Assembly (NCBI GenBank): GCA_043800755.1
Contig: JAZDMQ010000131.1
Location: 1 to 20,309, forward strand
DNA from: a bacterium
GTDB taxonomy: Bacteria; Methylomirabilota; Methylomirabilia; CAVQYV01
Direction: 5' to 3'
Length of the DNA stretch: 20,309 nucleotides
Shown: positions 17,009 through 20,309 of the stretch, piece after piece
Layout of the letters: the number at the start of each line of letters is the position of its first letter
Position numbering within the stretch: position 1 is the first letter of the stretch
The notes under the pieces: model-generated
Told to the model about the DNA's origin: nothing
Databases searched by the model: none
The model's input: the letters and a program-made list of their open reading frames with translations, nothing else
Translations under genes and position numbers: made by a program

Positions 17009-17314
17009 TCAGGATACCAGGGTTCGATTTGAGGCGGGCTTTCGGTCTGCCCTCCGAATAAAGACCTCGTTACCCTTCTTGCACTTTCTGATTCTGGATT
17101 GAGCATAGGCGGGGCAAGAGACCATCAAATCACGGAAGCAGGACGAAAGGCCCACGGCAGGATCACCTAATAGCCTCGAAGACCAAGGGAAAACTCGAAG
17201 CCATCACGAAAAAAAGGGGAGGAGGGACCCAAACTGACATATGAAGATGTGACCCCAGTCCGCCCTTTCAGGATGCCGGAGGGGCAAGCAATTCCTGTGG
17301 CGCCCCAAGCAGCT

Positions 17315-17770
17315 TTATTGGTCCAAGGAGGACCGATCAGAGAAAGGAGAGTGACTTTCGACAGAGTGGATGGAGAGGATATTCATTGAGTTGACACGAT
17401 GGATGGGTTTGTCTGTTTTCTCGGTGGTTATTAGATCTTCAGCGCCGGCCGATGCTGCAGCAGCGACATGCAAAGCATCCATAGCGTTAAGCCCGAAGGC
17501 GCAGGCCTCAGCATATGCATTCTTTACAATATCCTCAACAGAGTCAGCCCAATAAGCCACAGCATCGAAAAATGTTTCATAGAATTCGACTTCATCCTGG
17601 CGTTTTTCATAGACCGGTTTAGGGAGGACTTCCAGTCTAAGAAAAGGGCTGGCGACGAATTCACGGTCTGGGTCGTCAAGGATTTTCATGGCTTGTTCCG
17701 CCGAATCATCCTTTCCCCTCGCAGCCGCAATAAGCACGCCCGCATCTACAAAGGTCTTTCTGCGGCTCAC
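17315..17770 (-). CDS. PIN domain protein (VapC-like ribonuclease/toxin)
   Basis: Acidic PIN motifs FVDAGVLIAA, LEVL, MDALHVAAA and LITTE. GTGA overlap with the upstream gene. Confidence 0.85.
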   Translation of the reverse strand: MSRRKTFVDAGVLIAAARGKDDSAEQAMKILDDPDREFVASPFLRLEVLPKPVYEKRQDEVEFYETFFDAVAYWADSVEDIVKNAYAEACAFGLNAMDALHVAAAASAGAEDLITTEKTDKPIHRVNSMNILSIHSVESHSPFSDRSSLDQ

Positions 17771-18132
17771 TCCTTATTACCTCGTCGTGCAGCAATTTCG
17801 CTTTGAATCTCTTCCCAGCTGAGGAGAGGCACGCCAGACGCAACTATTCGTGCACGAATTCCCCAAAGCTTCTGTCCAAGGGGGGTCCTTGCCTTATGTG
17901 AAATCGCTTCCCGCCAAGTGGATTCTGCTGATTTTGCTGGACTATCTTCCAAACCGGTTAGGGCAATGTCAGAACCACCTGAGCAGGGTCCAATCGGGAG
18001 GTTTTCCCAACCCGAGAAGCTCTGCCCTGCAAACAAGAACCACAGTGAAGCTTTGCCAGAGAGATCTTCAGGGATCTGCGGCAGAAAAGGTTTATCGAGA
18101 GTTCTCGTCTCCGTTGAGTATGCTACTCTCAT
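17767..18132 (-). CDS. Hypothetical protein, putative antitoxin-like partner of the PIN protein
   Basis: Coupled on both sides by 4-nt overlaps (ATGA, GTGA). Ser/Pro/Gly-rich N-terminus and helical C-terminus RTPLGQKLWGIRARIVASGVPLLSWEEIQSEIAARRG. Confidence 0.65.
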   Translation of the reverse strand: MRVAYSTETRTLDKPFLPQIPEDLSGKASLWFLFAGQSFSGWENLPIGPCSGGSDIALTGLEDSPAKSAESTWREAISHKARTPLGQKLWGIRARIVASGVPLLSWEEIQSEIAARRGNKE

Positions 18133-18863
18133 CTCGTGCCTCTCTTGAATTTCTCGTAGAGATCAGGGTTCAGTGATTCAACGAAGCATTCGTAAATGAC
18201 GTCATGAGCTTGGTTGAGCCAGTTCTCAACTGCCAGCTGATCGGAAAGTCCTTCAAACTCCTGGGAGCCGAAATCCAGATCTAACATGAGCATCGTTTCT
18301 TGATCTTTTTTCTGAATTCCCGTTTGATGAATAAGAGTACCTCTTGGCGAATCGAAAGGGATCTCATAGCGCTGATAGAACCCCCCTAATGACCGATCTA
18401 ATACACCCTTTAGGGGAGGAGCGATGCTGATCAAGCTCTCTAATTCGCATTTACTCTCGGGGATCGGAATCTGATTGATATATCGCAAACCGACTCTCTG
18501 AAGATTGCATGCTCCGCACAGTTCCATGTACTTCTTGAAAATCCGAAGAATGAGTGTGCGAAAGGTCTCCCAATCGGGATAGAGACGGAGGTAGTTAACG
18601 GCCAAGAGGTAGGGGCCTATCTGAACCATTGCAGATCCGTCTGGTCGCTTCATCCGGAAGCGGTTTGTCATTTGAGGAAGGGGCGATTTCCCTGGTTCTA
18701 ACTGAATCACTTCCACTGCCTCAACCTGGGATCGCTCAGCAAATTCAGTCCCAATCTGATCATGTAAGCGCCCGGGCAGAGTCCAATCCCAGGGGCCGGT
18801 AGGCCTAAACCTGAACTCGCAGAGGGCCTCGATCAGGGGCGGGGAAAGTAATTTTTCACCCAT
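18129..18863 (-). CDS. TIGR04255-like protein
   Basis: Has N-terminal PPLIEALCEFRF, YPDWETF, RVGLRYINQI, LDLD and AHDVIYECF. AGGAGG RBS upstream. Confidence 0.8.
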   Translation of the reverse strand: MGEKLLSPPLIEALCEFRFRPTGPWDWTLPGRLHDQIGTEFAERSQVEAVEVIQLEPGKSPLPQMTNRFRMKRPDGSAMVQIGPYLLAVNYLRLYPDWETFRTLILRIFKKYMELCGACNLQRVGLRYINQIPIPESKCELESLISIAPPLKGVLDRSLGGFYQRYEIPFDSPRGTLIHQTGIQKKDQETMLMLDLDFGSQEFEGLSDQLAVENWLNQAHDVIYECFVESLNPDLYEKFKRGTR

Positions 18864-18884
18864 TTCAGTTCCTCCTGGGCAATT

Positions 18885-18913
18885 ATACTACACTTTCCGA
18901 ACAGATTTATCAA
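18885..18913 (-). promoter_or_regulatory. Sigma70-type promoter of the TIGR04255-PIN module
   Basis: On the minus strand: TTGATA (18913-18908), 17-bp spacer, TAGTAT (18890-18885, overlapping a TATAAT), then AGGAGG and ATG 18863. Confidence 0.55.
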
Positions 18914-19099
18914 TACCCTTCGCTTCCTTTGGGCCAAACAAGAGGTACCTCCTCAGAGTGAAAGGCAGGATCAGACCTGCAAATTATACAATGCCAGCTT
19001 CCCAAACAAGCACAGAAATCTCATTATTCCCCCCTGATCTAATTGACGTCCCTCAACTGCCCCCTCCCCGCATCCCGATTTTCTCCCCTGGCTAGCCCC

Positions 19100-19471
19100 T
19101 CAAGATCCCTCAGTCAGATGACAGTGGATGGCGAAGGGCTTGTTGGTGATGAAGAGGACCGTCGCATCTGCCTCTGGGGTCGCCCCATGCTCCATGACCA
19201 TGCCCTCGGGAAACCAGAGGAAGTGCCCCGGGCCGTAATGACTCCCCTGAGTGACCAGGGTCCCCTCCAACACATACAGGCCGTGGGCGCAGGGATGGGT
19301 GTGGCACGGGTTGATGAAGCCGGCCGGATAGCGGACCAGGCGGACCTCCATACCGGTCTCCCCGTCCACGATCAGGTCCTTTCGGTAGAGCGCTTTCCCC
19401 ACCTGCTCGTTGAATCGCTCCTGCCATGGCATCGAATGGGTATCGATTACCTTGAGATCTTTTCCATCCAT
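19100..19471 (-). CDS. ChrR-like cupin domain protein
   Basis: Has PW near the N-terminus, LVRYPAG, HTHPCAHGLYVLEG and PEGMVMEHGA. Confidence 0.8.
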   Translation of the reverse strand: MDGKDLKVIDTHSMPWQERFNEQVGKALYRKDLIVDGETGMEVRLVRYPAGFINPCHTHPCAHGLYVLEGTLVTQGSHYGPGHFLWFPEGMVMEHGATPEADATVLFITNKPFAIHCHLTEGS

Positions 19472-19676
19472 CCTCTTCTCCCTTCCATCCTTTCGCCTGG
19501 GCGATGGCCCTGAGATGACCGGTCGTCTCTGCCGAGCAGATTGAGAACATCCCCCTTTCCGCGTCTAAGCAAAAGGGGTTCTCCCAGAGGAGAGGAATTT
19601 CGAAAGCGTTGAACTACGTCCCCTCGTCCGTCCCCCGGCGTCTGCGGGAATTCAATATGAAAGAATTTGGAATTAG

Positions 19677-19755
19677 GGGACACATCCCATTTTGCTTAAA
19701 GCCTCGCGGAAGACCCAAGATGAGGATCAAATACGAATAAAATGGGATGTGTCCC
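19677..19755. repeat. Perfect 17-bp inverted repeat with 45-bp spacer (REP/MITE-like)
   Basis: GGGACACATCCCATTTT at 19677-19693 and AAAATGGGATGTGTCCC at 19739-19755. Confidence 0.85.
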
Positions 19756-19863
19756 TTTTCCCAAAAAAGCTCCATTCGCCTTTGCCTGAGGCGCCCTTCC
19801 AGTTCAAAATGATCTTGTCGCCGTCTTGGTCTTGAGATTTTACAGGAAAATTTGGACTTGACC

Positions 19864-20078
19864 CGTGCCAGCTCGCCCCGGGCGTACCACACCTCCTATC
19901 CGGTTCCTGTTCGCCTGCCTGTGCGTTGCACGCAGATAGGTCGCCCCGCATCTTTGGATTGGGCTTCCTCCAGACCCCGCCTCGCGACGACGCCCTTGCC
20001 CTTCTCCTAACCTTAGGCTCCGCGAACACCTGGTGCAGGGACTTCCACCCTGCTAGTCACGTGCCATGCCTGGCACAC
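19864..20078 (-). mobile_element. Group IIC intron, truncated 5' fragment (domain I only)
   Basis: The minus strand begins GTGTGCCAGGCATGG and continues AGGGTGGAAGTCCC...GCAAGGGCGTC...TCTGGAGGAAGC. This parallels the IIC 5' consensus GUGYGCCCGGCAUGG...AGGGUGARAGUCCC...GCAAGGG...CUGAAGGAAGC. No RT ORF or domain V follows. The left boundary is approximate. Confidence 0.8.
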
Positions 20079-20133
20079 ACGCCGCTAATCAGCCGCGCAG
20101 TATTTTGCGTCGGCTGAATTAACCTGGTTGGGT
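20079..20133 (-). other. Integron attC-like recombination site, interrupted in R' by the intron
   Basis: Minus strand reads ACCCAAC (RYYYAAC) CAGGT TAATTCAGCCGACGC AAAATACT GCGCGGCTGATTA GCGGC GT, then the intron. The arms pair with two extra bases on the R'' side, as in classical attC sites. Confidence 0.75.
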
Positions 20134-20186
20134 GCCCTTAGGCTTTCACCTCACCATATGTATAATAAGCTCTTGATCGCTTCTTT

Positions 20187-20309
20187 TTATAAGCAGTTCA
20201 ACTGATGGTTTTCCAGTAATTCGCAAAGCATCTTTCTGTTGATCTCTATCTTAGCTTTTTTCATAGCGCCCATAAATTTGCTGTAAGATAAGCCGTTTTC
20301 CTTAAGAAT
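20187..20309 (-). CDS. 3' end of an AT-rich ORF resembling the ribosomal protein bL20 C-terminal domain (putative gene cassette)
   Basis: The only minus-strand frame open from the window edge for this long reads [40 protein letters not shown]. Compare bL20 NGxSYSKFxxxLKKAxxEIxRKxL. Not listed in the ORF track because it is truncated. Confidence 0.65.
   Translation of the reverse strand: MLKENGLSYSKFMGAMKKAKIEINRKMLCELLENHQLNCL

Noticed and set aside
17031..17054. Hairpin after the acylase gene as an intrinsic terminator
   Set aside because: The stem relies on G-U pairs and has no U-tract. Too weak to call.
19614..20117. ORFs 19614-19892, 19727-20029 and 19926-20117
   Set aside because: They are translations of intron RNA and repeat sequence, with no RT/maturase motifs such as YADD.
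1..20309. Genome-wide TAG reassignment or selenocysteine recoding
   Set aside because: TAG ends several genes at family-appropriate positions, and I found no gene interrupted by an in-frame TGA.
1..20309. CRISPR array, tRNA, rRNA, integrase or transposase gene
   Set aside because: I saw no regularly spaced repeats, cloverleaf or rRNA signatures, or recombinase/transposase motifs.

Overview
This is a GC-rich bacterial window whose gene content suggests an anaerobe (inference). The left ~17 kb looks like core or metabolic genome. In order it holds: a partial MBL-fold hydrolase; DUF1015; an operon of two Tat-type DUF362 proteins, a secreted DUF6599-like protein and a NapH/NapG-like polyferredoxin; a small Lys/Ala-rich protein with a desulforedoxin-like Cys domain; YbaK; PaaI; a GAF-GAF-HD-GYP phosphodiesterase with a near-identical 144-bp internal repeat; a Zn-dependent dehydrogenase; ApbE plus an FMN-binding protein; an orphan Mod-like DNA methyltransferase; a cupin; and an ~800-codon penicillin-acylase-family gene interrupted only by one in-frame TAG. 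The right ~3.3 kb is accessory and mostly lower in GC. It holds a translationally coupled TIGR04255-like / hypothetical / PIN three-gene module, a ChrR-like cupin, REP-like palindromes, the 5' fragment of a group IIC intron inserted in an attC-like site, and the 3' end of an AT-rich ORF that closely resembles the C-terminal domain of ribosomal protein bL20. All family calls come from motif recognition by eye. No database searches were run.
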